This document shows positions 40,057 to 48,201 of a DNA stretch of 48,619 bases, one piece after another; positions within the stretch are counted from its first letter, which is position 1, and each line of letters opens with the position of its first letter. The stretch covers positions 1 to 48,619 of the forward strand of contig JAFWKW010000004.1 in NCBI GenBank assembly GCA_017514125.1, written 5' to 3'. This DNA is from Candidatus Saccharimonadota bacterium. Lineage in GTDB: Bacteria; Patescibacteriota; Saccharimonadia; Saccharimonadales; Saccharimonadaceae. A program made the translations under genes and the position numbers. Under the pieces are notes generated by a model. That model did not search any database and was not told the DNA's origin. It saw only the letters and a program-made list of their open reading frames with translations.

Positions 40057-41019
40057 CTATATTTTCTGAATCGGCATAGGATGTAAATCAGCTTTTCCGG
40101 TTAAAATTCCCTTGTTTGCGCCAATTTTAGCGATTACTGAAGTTGAATTAGCTGAGGCAAAAATCAGAGCTTTGCGAAAATCTTTACCCGAAACAATCGC
40201 TGCTAGATACCCCGAGCCAAATGCATCCCCCGCCCCAGTCGCATCTTTAACCTTAATGTCTTCATAGAGCCCAAACCGATAAGTTTCTATGCCATTAGTG
40301 GCAATCCCTCCTGCTCTACCATCAGTGATAATTACCGTTTCTACGTATCCTTTCAGATGATAGAGTAACTCTTCTAGAGACCCTCCCGGTACCATCATCG
40401 CAGCTTCCTGTTTATTAACCAGCAGTATATTTACAAATTTCAAAAGCCGAAGTAGACTCTTGGTGTTTTCAAGCTCGCGAATCCCAGGATTAAACATAAT
40501 TTTGACGCCCATCTTATGTGCCTTTTCAAAAAACCGTGTCAAAGTGTCCATATCTCCTCGTACCGTCGTCACATAGAGCCAATCCGGTTGAACTAAATCT
40601 AAATCATTCGCATCAAAATTGTCGAATTTTGTACTTGCCCCCCGGTAGGTCAAAATCGTTCTTTCTCCACCTTTCGAATCAAGCAAAATAATCGAAGTCC
40701 CAGTGGCCTTTCCTGGTACGTAATCGATATAACTCGTATCCACACCTTCTCTGTCCAAAGTTTTTAAAATCGCATCACCAGCCGTGTCGTGTGCGATGTT
40801 GCCCATCAGCACCGCCTCGTGCCCGTGCCGTACAAAAGATATGGCCGAATTTACTCCCCCGCCTCCCACTTCATAAGAGAGTTTGTCGATGTCAACCTTA
40901 CTTCCTACCAAAATTTTACCAAAAATCGACTCCTCGCCAATTTCGGTTGGCGCGAGATCATCGTGGTCAATCAAATAAATATCATTCAGGGCCGAGCCAA
41001 TTGAAAGAATTCTAGCCAT
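40057..41019 (-). CDS. PfkB-family carbohydrate kinase
   Basis: GGGGVNSA, DATGAGDAFGSG. Confidence 0.92.
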   Translation of the reverse strand: MARILSIGSALNDIYLIDHDDLAPTEIGEESIFGKILVGSKVDIDKLSYEVGGGGVNSAISFVRHGHEAVLMGNIAHDTAGDAILKTLDREGVDTSYIDYVPGKATGTSIILLDSKGGERTILTYRGASTKFDNFDANDLDLVQPDWLYVTTVRGDMDTLTRFFEKAHKMGVKIMFNPGIRELENTKSLLRLLKFVNILLVNKQEAAMMVPGGSLEELLYHLKGYVETVIITDGRAGGIATNGIETYRFGLYEDIKVKDATGAGDAFGSGYLAAIVSGKDFRKALIFASANSTSVIAKIGANKGILTGKADLHPMPIQKI

Positions 41020-41675
41020 CAGATTACCACTCCATTTTTATCGATTTCGGCCACCAATGCGTGATAAACTTCCGTTGGGTTATCTACTTTTGAGAGTGCC
41101 GAACCCACATTGATAACATCTAGGTCCGCGTGAGCCAAGGCTCGCATAGTCAGCATATTAGCTCCGCCATCCCAACCAATCTCAAGCTCGGGTTTCATAC
41201 TCCTTACAATTGCGATTTTTTCCATTTGCATCATATCGGCCGGGCTACCCTGAACTCCTAATTGCCCCGCAAATATCAGTACGTGATCTACTACGTCTAT
41301 ATATTGTTTGACTAGTCCTGGATAAGTCGATGGCAAAATCGCGAGGCCCGTCCTGATGTCTTCTTTTTTGAGCGTGGCAAAAACCGGCAAAAGGTCTTCA
41401 CTCGCCTCTGCGTGAAGAATGCAGAGCGAAGGTTTTAGTTTCAAAATTACCTCGAGGTCTTTTGACGGATAAGCCGCCATCAAATGGATGTCAGCTTTCC
41501 ACTCTTTTGGCCACCACACGTTAGAAATATCAATCGTAGTAGCTGGTGCAAAGGCCCCATCCGACACGTCGATATGTACTCTCCTCGCAAAATGATTAAT
41601 TTCTTCGATTTGTTTGCGATAATCTTTTTTGCTTTCCGCCAAAACCGCTGGCACCACCGTAACGGTTCTAATCAT
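41019..41675 (-). CDS. rpe: Ribulose-phosphate 3-epimerase-like protein
   Basis: VHIDVSDG, DIHLM, ILHAE, WDGG, NVGS. Confidence 0.85.
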   Translation of the reverse strand: MIRTVTVVPAVLAESKKDYRKQIEEINHFARRVHIDVSDGAFAPATTIDISNVWWPKEWKADIHLMAAYPSKDLEVILKLKPSLCILHAEASEDLLPVFATLKKEDIRTGLAILPSTYPGLVKQYIDVVDHVLIFAGQLGVQGSPADMMQMEKIAIVRSMKPELEIGWDGGANMLTMRALAHADLDVINVGSALSKVDNPTEVYHALVAEIDKNGVVI

Positions 41676-42126
41676 AATCTTTCCTTTCGTCTAAACGATT
41701 AATACGCTTCAAACGTCGTTCCAAAGCTTCAAATTTGGTGTTAATAAACGCTTCAGCGATTTTTTCCATGGTTTTTTCGTTCATAAAATGAGCGGACAAA
41801 CATAGCACGTTGGCATCGTCATGTTCTCTCGCGAGTTTAGCCGACTCCACCGAATCGCAATGTGCCGCCCGAATCCCTTTGAAACGGTTGGCCTGCATCG
41901 TCATCCCGTGTGCCGAATCGCAAATCAAAATCCCAAAAATCCCTACCGAAACTTTGCTACCTCGTATAGCTAGAGCCGCAGCAATTGCCGGATCGTTAAA
42001 ATCGTTTTCTTCCGTTCCTTGGTAACTACCTACATCCACTACATCATAACCGTGCTCTTGTAAGTAAGCAAGCAGGCGCTTTTTTGCCTCAAACCCTTTG
42101 TAGTCTGCTCCGATATAGATTTTCAT
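41668..42126 (-). CDS. rpiB: Ribose-5-phosphate isomerase B-family protein
   Basis: IGADYKG, GILICDSAHG, ANRFKGIRAA, REHDDANVLCL. Confidence 0.88.
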   Translation of the reverse strand: MKIYIGADYKGFEAKKRLLAYLQEHGYDVVDVGSYQGTEENDFNDPAIAAALAIRGSKVSVGIFGILICDSAHGMTMQANRFKGIRAAHCDSVESAKLAREHDDANVLCLSAHFMNEKTMEKIAEAFINTKFEALERRLKRINRLDERKDYD

Positions 42127-43127
42127 TTTTTATCTCCTAGATCTAGAGCTAATTCTACTAAGCGATTAGAATATCCCCATTCATTATCGTACCAAGCAAC
42201 TACTTTTACCATATTGCCGCAAACTACATCAGTGAGCGGTAGGTCTACAATACAAGACCTTGGGTCCCCCACAAAATCTTTAGAAACCAATTCTTCTTCC
42301 GTTACACCAATCACGCCGTCATATTCTGGTTCTTTTGAAACTTTTTTGAATAATTTGTTCAATTCTTCTTTGGTGGTGTCCTTTTTTAATACCGCCGTAA
42401 TATCCGACAAAGATACTACCGGAGTCGGTACCCGAATAGAAAGTCCGTTGAATTTGTCTTTTAATGCCGGCACGGTTAGTGCGGCAGCTTTGGAAGCACC
42501 TGTAGTAGTCGGTACGATATTTTCGGCGGCACTTCTCGCTTCCCTTGGGTCTTTGGCGGGCGCATCGAGAATCCTCTGCGAACCAGTGTAGGAATGGACC
42601 GTAGTCATCATAGCCTTTTCAATTCCAAAATTATCTTCGAGGACTTTCATAATCGGCGCGATACAGTTGGTGGTACAAGAAGCGTTAGAAACGATTAAAT
42701 CGGACTTTTTAAGGCTGTCTTCATTTACGCCGATTACGATAGTCTTGGCACCTTCACCCTTAGCAGGTGCCGAAATCAGTACTTTTTTCGCGCCAGCTTT
42801 GATGTGTTTCTTAGCATCTTCTGGTTTGGTAAAAAATCCCGTAGATTCAATTACGACATCTACGCCAAGCTTTTTCCACGGTAAATTCTCCGGGTCTTTT
42901 TCGGCAAAAATCTGGATTTTTTTGCCACCCACGATAATCTCATTGTCCGAAAAATCCACTTTGCGATTATACGTCCCGTAAGAAGAATCGTGTTTGAGAA
43001 GCTGTGCCAAAGTCTTTGCGTCGGTAATATCGTTAATCGCAACCACGTCAGCGTCTTTTCTTTCCATCAAAATCTTCAGCGCATTCCGGCCAATCCGCCC
43101 AAACCCGTTAATTGCTATTTTTACCAT
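42123..43127 (-). CDS. gap: Type I glyceraldehyde-3-phosphate dehydrogenase
   Basis: INGFGRIGR, SNASCTTNC, WYDNEWGYS. Confidence 0.98.
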   Translation of the reverse strand: MVKIAINGFGRIGRNALKILMERKDADVVAINDITDAKTLAQLLKHDSSYGTYNRKVDFSDNEIIVGGKKIQIFAEKDPENLPWKKLGVDVVIESTGFFTKPEDAKKHIKAGAKKVLISAPAKGEGAKTIVIGVNEDSLKKSDLIVSNASCTTNCIAPIMKVLEDNFGIEKAMMTTVHSYTGSQRILDAPAKDPREARSAAENIVPTTTGASKAAALTVPALKDKFNGLSIRVPTPVVSLSDITAVLKKDTTKEELNKLFKKVSKEPEYDGVIGVTEEELVSKDFVGDPRSCIVDLPLTDVVCGNMVKVVAWYDNEWGYSNRLVELALDLGDKK

Positions 43128-43244
43128 AATACCTCCTAACTACTTATACTAATTATAGCATAACTGATACAATAATACATCTATTGATTTTATGGTAAAA
43201 TATGGTATAATTAAAAGATAAACTAGAAAAGGGGGTGTACCTTA

Positions 43245-43967
43245 ATGTTAAAATACGATGAGGAACTAAATGACGTTGTCTTCATGCTTACCAAATTTTC
43301 TGGTGATGACTTGAAGTACATAGCTGGGACGGTCTATGCCACTGTTTTTATTGGCAAAATACCGACCAAAAAGGATTTAGCTGTCTATCTAGGCTGCTCA
43401 AAAGGAACCATCACTAAGGTCCTTGAAGGGCTAGTGGCAACATATGTAGATCCTTGCACTGAGTCTGCAGCGCTCGTAAAATGGCTTAGTAGATATTTGC
43501 CTAGTACTGGCGACAGGCCTCGGATTAGTCAGCTAATCTATCCAATTGCGACCGAACTAGTGTCTTCGGGTCTATATTTGGGTGACGGCGAGGAGCCGTT
43601 TGAGCGTGCCGTGTCGCGACTCTATCTCGAATCTCTATTTAGACCACAGTTAGTTCAGAGCCACAAAGCCTTCGCCGGGTACAATATTATGATTGACTAT
43701 CTATGGCGCATGACTTATATCTATGGGGAGAAGTTTGATATCTATCTGCTTTCTAGATTCGAGTCATCTCATAAGGCAATGGCAAAAGTGGAGTCCTTTA
43801 TGGAGGTCATCCGAAAGAGCAATCCACAGCTAAGATCCTATCCAGCTACACTCGATTACGTAATCGATGGCTTCCAAGAAATTAGCGTTCTAATCAGGGA
43901 TGCTGGATCAGCCAAAATTGCCAAAGCTCGGCTCAAAAAAATGCTGACAGAAGACCATCTTTTCTAA
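43245..43967 (+). CDS. Hypothetical protein with HTH-like segment
   Basis: PTKKDLAVYLGCSKGTITKVLEGL; own TGGTATAAT promoter (~43203). Confidence 0.65.
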   Translation: MLKYDEELNDVVFMLTKFSGDDLKYIAGTVYATVFIGKIPTKKDLAVYLGCSKGTITKVLEGLVATYVDPCTESAALVKWLSRYLPSTGDRPRISQLIYPIATELVSSGLYLGDGEEPFERAVSRLYLESLFRPQLVQSHKAFAGYNIMIDYLWRMTYIYGEKFDIYLLSRFESSHKAMAKVESFMEVIRKSNPQLRSYPATLDYVIDGFQEISVLIRDAGSAKIAKARLKKMLTEDHLF

Positions 43968-43982
43968 TCAAAATTCCTTATC

Positions 43983-44014
43983 AAAAAATCCCAAGTTTAA
44001 ACTTGGGATTTTTT
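43983..44014. terminator. Bidirectional terminator ending rpsL-rpsG
   Basis: Perfect palindrome AAAAAATCCCAAGTTTAAACTTGGGATTTTTT. Confidence 0.85.
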
Positions 44015-44026
44015 ATTTGTAACACT

Positions 44027-44503
44027 TTATCGCGCAAAGTGTGCGAACGCTCTGTTCGCTTCTGCCATTCTATGACAGTCTTCTTTCTTCTTAAAGGCTG
44101 CGCCCTGTTCATTGTAGGCATCTACAATCTCGGCCTCTAGCCTCTTGGCATACGGCATACCGCCGCGAGCCCGAGCTGACTGCACTAGCCACGAAAAGGC
44201 AAAATGAAGCTGCCGGTGTCCCGAAATCGGGAACGGAATTTGGTAGTTTGCGCCACCAACCCGACGAGATTTAACTTCAAAGTCTGGAGAAACATTAGCA
44301 ATGGCTTTTTCCAAAACTTCTACTGGATTCTCAGAATCAAGTTTCTTAGCTGCGCCCTCAATCGCGGCATATACTGCGCGCTCGGCAACCTGCTTTTTGC
44401 CATCAAGCATCGATTTGTTAATAAGTCTTTGGACTAAGATGGACTGATATTTACGATCCGGAGAAACTTTTCTTTCAAGCGATTTAGTAGTTTTTCTAGG
44501 CAT
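44027..44503 (-). CDS. rpsG: 30S ribosomal protein S7
   Basis: EVKSRRVGGANYQIP, HRMAEANRAFAHF. Confidence 0.98.
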   Translation of the reverse strand: MPRKTTKSLERKVSPDRKYQSILVQRLINKSMLDGKKQVAERAVYAAIEGAAKKLDSENPVEVLEKAIANVSPDFEVKSRRVGGANYQIPFPISGHRQLHFAFSWLVQSARARGGMPYAKRLEAEIVDAYNEQGAAFKKKEDCHRMAEANRAFAHFAR

Positions 44504-44505
44504 AA

Positions 44506-44919
44506 TTACTTACCCTCCTTCTTGGCACCGTATTTTGAACGGCCTTGCTTGCGACCCTGGACACCTTGAAGATCCAAAGTGCCACGCACTACGTGATAAC
44601 GCACACCCGGAAGATCTGGCACACGGCCACCACGGACCAAAACTACAGCGTGCTCCTGAAGGTTGTGTCCTTCACCACCGATATAAGCCCAAACTTCTTG
44701 ACCATTAGTTAGACGCACACGAGCGACCTTCCGCATCGCGGAGTTTGGCTTCTTTGGAGTTTTGGTAGTTACTTTGATACAAACACCACGTTTCAAGGGT
44801 GCCGCCTTCTCATAGCGCTTGGTCTTTAGAGTGTTTACAATAGAACCAAGAGCTGGAGATTTTGACTTCTTCGCCGCCTTTTTGCGTGGTTTTCTAATCA
44901 ACTGATTAATAGTTGGCAT
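44506..44919 (-). CDS. rpsL: 30S ribosomal protein S12
   Basis: [30 protein letters not shown]; true start ATG 44919. Confidence 0.98.
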   Translation of the reverse strand: MPTINQLIRKPRKKAAKKSKSPALGSIVNTLKTKRYEKAAPLKRGVCIKVTTKTPKKPNSAMRKVARVRLTNGQEVWAYIGGEGHNLQEHAVVLVRGGRVPDLPGVRYHVVRGTLDLQGVQGRKQGRSKYGAKKEGK

Positions 44920-44954
44920 TAAAATTTCCTTATTTAATATTGATATATAATATA

Positions 44955-45031
44955 TAGTGGAACTCACTACGCTAGATATAGGGTTTTCATAGGTTAAAAC
45001 CAACCTCAAACACTACATATAGCGTCCACTA
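44955..45031 (-). promoter_or_regulatory. Structured rpsL 5' leader
   Basis: Nested stems TAGTGGA/TCCACTA, CGCTA/TAGCG, AGGTT/AACCT; promoter TGCTATAAT at 45082-45090. Confidence 0.5.
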
Positions 45032-45139
45032 TTTGCCAGTTTACTCACAGCAATCATAAACCAGCCGAAACTCTTTAATCAATTATAGCACAGACCACTC
45101 CTATTGACAAGCTTTTGCTTTTACTAAACTTGCTTGTAT

Positions 45140-45200
45140 CCATCCCTTGATACATTAGTGGATATAAAAAGACTAGACTTTAGGAGGCCTGGATACAGCG
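45140..45200. repeat. 61-bp cassette arm copy
   Basis: Identical to 26589-26649. Confidence 0.95.
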
Positions 45201-45986
45201 GATGTAGAAGCCGTAGTTACGACCGCGGTTGTTATTGTATAGGATACTACCGTTATAACTCAGAACGTACCGTACCGCACCATTTCGCGATATACTCCCC
45301 CACCAGTACCCATATACAGACCCATCATAAAACGTACCATTGGCGTAATACCCGCCCAGAACTGGAGAAAAAGCAGAAACATAAGTTGCGCTACCAGCAT
45401 CTGGTCCAATACTACGACTTTGCTCTACGCTTGGCAATGTCCAGCCTTTGGGGCTCTCTACTACCTTTGCTGTCATATCCTGCATATAGGTTAAGTCTGA
45501 TACATCCTTTTCCTCACTAACACAGCGGATGTAGACACCACTGACGCGGCCGCCGCTGCGGGTATATAGGCTACTAGCATCGTAATATACACTGTACCGT
45601 AGCGCACCATTAAGTGCTGTAGAGCCCCACCATAGCCCGTGTGTAGACTTATTGTACAGCGTACCATTGCCGTAATCCCCTCCTAGAACTGGGGAGAAGT
45701 TTGATACGTAAGTACTACTACCGGGCGATGCTCCACCGATAATATCTATTTGTTTTTTGTTTGGTAAACTCCAACCTTTTGGACAGATACTTTCTGTAGC
45801 TATGATAGTGTTGTCCGTACCAGTTATAGTTCCGGCTGTGGCTGTCCCATAATTATACCAAACAGTGTTGCCACTAGTATAATCGTTAGATCCACTATGA
45901 ATACAGGAGTTAGTATAACCAGGCCCACTGCCACCAGTAGTATCACTATACGTTCCATAGCACTCACCCCCGCTGGTGCCGCGTTT
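45180..45986 (-). other. Silent FISUMP cassette pair: type I (45986-45471) fused to type II (45452-45180)
   Basis: KRGTSGGECYG...IRCVSEEKDVSDLTYMQDMT-AKVVES-PKGWTLPS...IRCIQAS*; the ORF-track start lies in the antisense of the next cassette. Confidence 0.8.
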
Positions 45987-45989
45987 CTC

Positions 45990-46268
45990 ATCTGCCCCAA
46001 AGGCTGGACATTGCCAAGTGTAGAACAAACTCGTACGATAGGACCGGATGCTGGTAGTGTAACTTATATATCTGACTTTTCCCCAGTCCTGGGTGGGTAT
46101 TATCGTAATGGCTCATTGGACAATGCGGAAAAATATGGACGTTGGTGGGGAAATGAATCAACTAATGGTGCACTACGAAGTTACCTAGGTCGCGCTGGCA
46201 CTGGTCTACATAGTAGTGATTATTATCGCTACGGCGGGCTCTACATCCGCTGTATCCAGGCCTCCTAA
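45990..46268 (+). other. Silent type II FISUMP cassette (inverted)
   Basis: ICPKGWTLPSVEQ...GRWWGN...YIRCIQAS*; starts 3 nt from the head of the divergent type I cassette. Confidence 0.8.
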
Positions 46269-46307
46269 AGTCTAGTCTTTTTATATCCACTAATGTATCA
46301 AGGGATG
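46248..46307. repeat. Inverted cassette arm copy (60 bp)
   Basis: Exact reverse complement of 60 bp of the arm. Confidence 0.95.
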
Positions 46308-46313
46308 AGTACA

Positions 46314-46844
46314 AAACGCGGCACCAGCGGGGGTGAGTGCTATGGGGAATATAGCGGAGGTACCGGTAGCGGAGCTGGGTATGTAAACTCTTGTATTCAT
46401 AGCGGATCTAATGATTATACTAGTGGCAATACAGTATGGTATAATTACGCGACGGCCACTGCTGGAACTATCAAAAATTCTAGCTCAACAGATACTACCG
46501 GTACTATTGTAGTAGCCACAGAGAGTGTTTGTCCAAAGGGTTGGACCTTACCAAATCTACGAGAGTCTCAACGTATAGGTGGCGAAGTAGATACTTATGT
46601 TTCTGTTTTCAATCCGGTTTTGGGCGGAAACTATGTCAACGGTGTTTTGAGCAATATACCTAATAATGGATTTTGGTGGTCTAGTGAAGCATATAATGGC
46701 GCTACGAGGTATTTCCTATATTATAAATCTAGTAATAATATTTTAGGCGTGGGTTATAATACTTATCGTCGTTCTGGCCTCTACATCCGCTGTGTTAGTG
46801 AGGAAAAGGATGTATCAGACTTAACCTATATGCAGGATATGACA
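46314..46844 (+). other. Silent type I FISUMP cassette
   Basis: KRGTSGGECYG...VCPKGWTLP...GFWWSS...IRCVSEEKDVSDLTYMQDMT; homology ends abruptly after MT; upstream ATGs lie inside the arm. Confidence 0.78.
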
Positions 46845-46859
46845 CCGAGCCTACTACCA

Positions 46860-46915
46860 CCTTGATACATTAGTGGATATAAAAAGACTAGACTTTAGGA
46901 GGCCTGGATACAGCG
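46860..46915. repeat. Cassette arm copy (56 bp)
   Basis: CCTTGATACATT...GGATACAGCG identical to the arm minus its first 5 bp. Confidence 0.95.
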
Positions 46916-47178
46916 CACGTAGTAACCATCGTTGCGGACGCGGTTGCTGGTATATAGACTACTACCATTGTAACCCAGGCTGTACCGATACGCACCATTA
47001 TACGCAGTACTACCCCACCAGTACCCGCGATCAGACTCATTGCGCAGCGTACCATTGCCGTAATACCCGCCCAGGACTGGAGAAAATTCAGGAACATAAG
47101 TAGCACTACCAGCATCTGGTCCAATACTCTGAGTTTGTTCATCGCTTGGCAATGTCCAGCCTTTGGGGCAGATGGATT
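46895..47178 (-). other. Silent type II FISUMP cassette
   Basis: SICPKGWTLPSDEQ...GYWWGST...YVRCIQAS*; no signal peptide or RBS. Confidence 0.8.
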
Positions 47179-47194
47179 TATCCCTCACCCAGTC

Positions 47195-48034
47195 TCAGAA
47201 TTCCTCCATACTTTTACTTTTTATTAGGATACCCATTTGTTCCTTTGCAATTTCGTTCAATCGCACCAATCGCTCGGCCTGTCCTAATCCATTTTTGATT
47301 AACTCCGCATTGATGTTTTCTAGATTATTTAGAATTATTAAATGAAATAAATCAGTATAATCACGAATATTCCCGTTCTCTGATAACTCAGGATTTTTAT
47401 CTCGCCATTCTTTAGCCGTCATACCAAATAGCGCCACATTGAGAAGATCGGCTTCTTCCGCATAAATAAACCTTTTTTGTTTTTCCGTCACCGTAGGAAT
47501 GATATTGTTCTTAATCGCTTCAGTCTGTATCAGATAATTTGCTTTTGCTAGCAGCCTATTGGCTTTCCACTCTAATTTTTGTTGATACTGCTCGTTTCTC
47601 TTTAGTCGCTCAAATTCTCTAATCAGATATAGTTTAAATTCTGGACTCAACCACGAAGCAAATTCAAAAGCAATGTCAGGATGAGCAAACACGCCAATTG
47701 AATATCTACCAGCGCTAGAGGTAATTCCAATCGCGTTGGTATTTTTTATCCATCTTCTAGGACTCAAAGTAAACGAATATTTGCCTGCCTCATTAATTTT
47801 AATTTCGCGGAATTCCGCGAGATTAAAATTTGGGTTATTGATTTTTTCCCATAGCCCAAGATATTCAAATGTGCTTTTATTACTTAGCCAATGAACAATT
47901 ACGTCTGAAGGTTTTTCTGGGTTAGTATATTTCGCTAAATCTGTCAACGAAATATAATCTACCTCGCCTACTCTCATAATACCAATCTCGGCATCCTTTA
48001 CTTTGATATTTGTAATGTCGTTTTTTCTAGACAT
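47195..48034 (-). CDS. KilA-N domain DNA-binding protein
   Basis: DYISLTDLAK, EYLGLWEKINNPNF, FAHPDIAFEFASWLSPEFKLYLI; AAGGAG RBS before ATG 48034. Confidence 0.85.
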   Translation of the reverse strand: MSRKNDITNIKVKDAEIGIMRVGEVDYISLTDLAKYTNPEKPSDVIVHWLSNKSTFEYLGLWEKINNPNFNLAEFREIKINEAGKYSFTLSPRRWIKNTNAIGITSSAGRYSIGVFAHPDIAFEFASWLSPEFKLYLIREFERLKRNEQYQQKLEWKANRLLAKANYLIQTEAIKNNIIPTVTEKQKRFIYAEEADLLNVALFGMTAKEWRDKNPELSENGNIRDYTDLFHLIILNNLENINAELIKNGLGQAERLVRLNEIAKEQMGILIKSKSMEEF

Positions 48035-48140
48035 AGCACTCCTTTTATTAAATTGGAGTATTATAGGCATATCTACTTCAAAAAATCAACCCCTCACCAT
48101 CAGCTCATGGTTAATTCTAAACCGCCTAGGCCTATCATAT

Positions 48141-48201
48141 CCATCCCTTGATACATTAGTGGATATAAAAAGACTAGACTTTAGGAGGCCTGGATACAGC
48201 G
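48141..48201. repeat. 61-bp arm copy at the 3' end of the putative expressed gene
   Basis: Identical to 26589-26649 and 45140-45200. Confidence 0.95.

Noticed and set aside
45140-48201. CRISPR array interpretation of the recurring arm
   Set aside because: Copies are in both orientations, 0.6-1.3 kb apart, separated by homologous coding fragments rather than unique short spacers; no cas genes are present.
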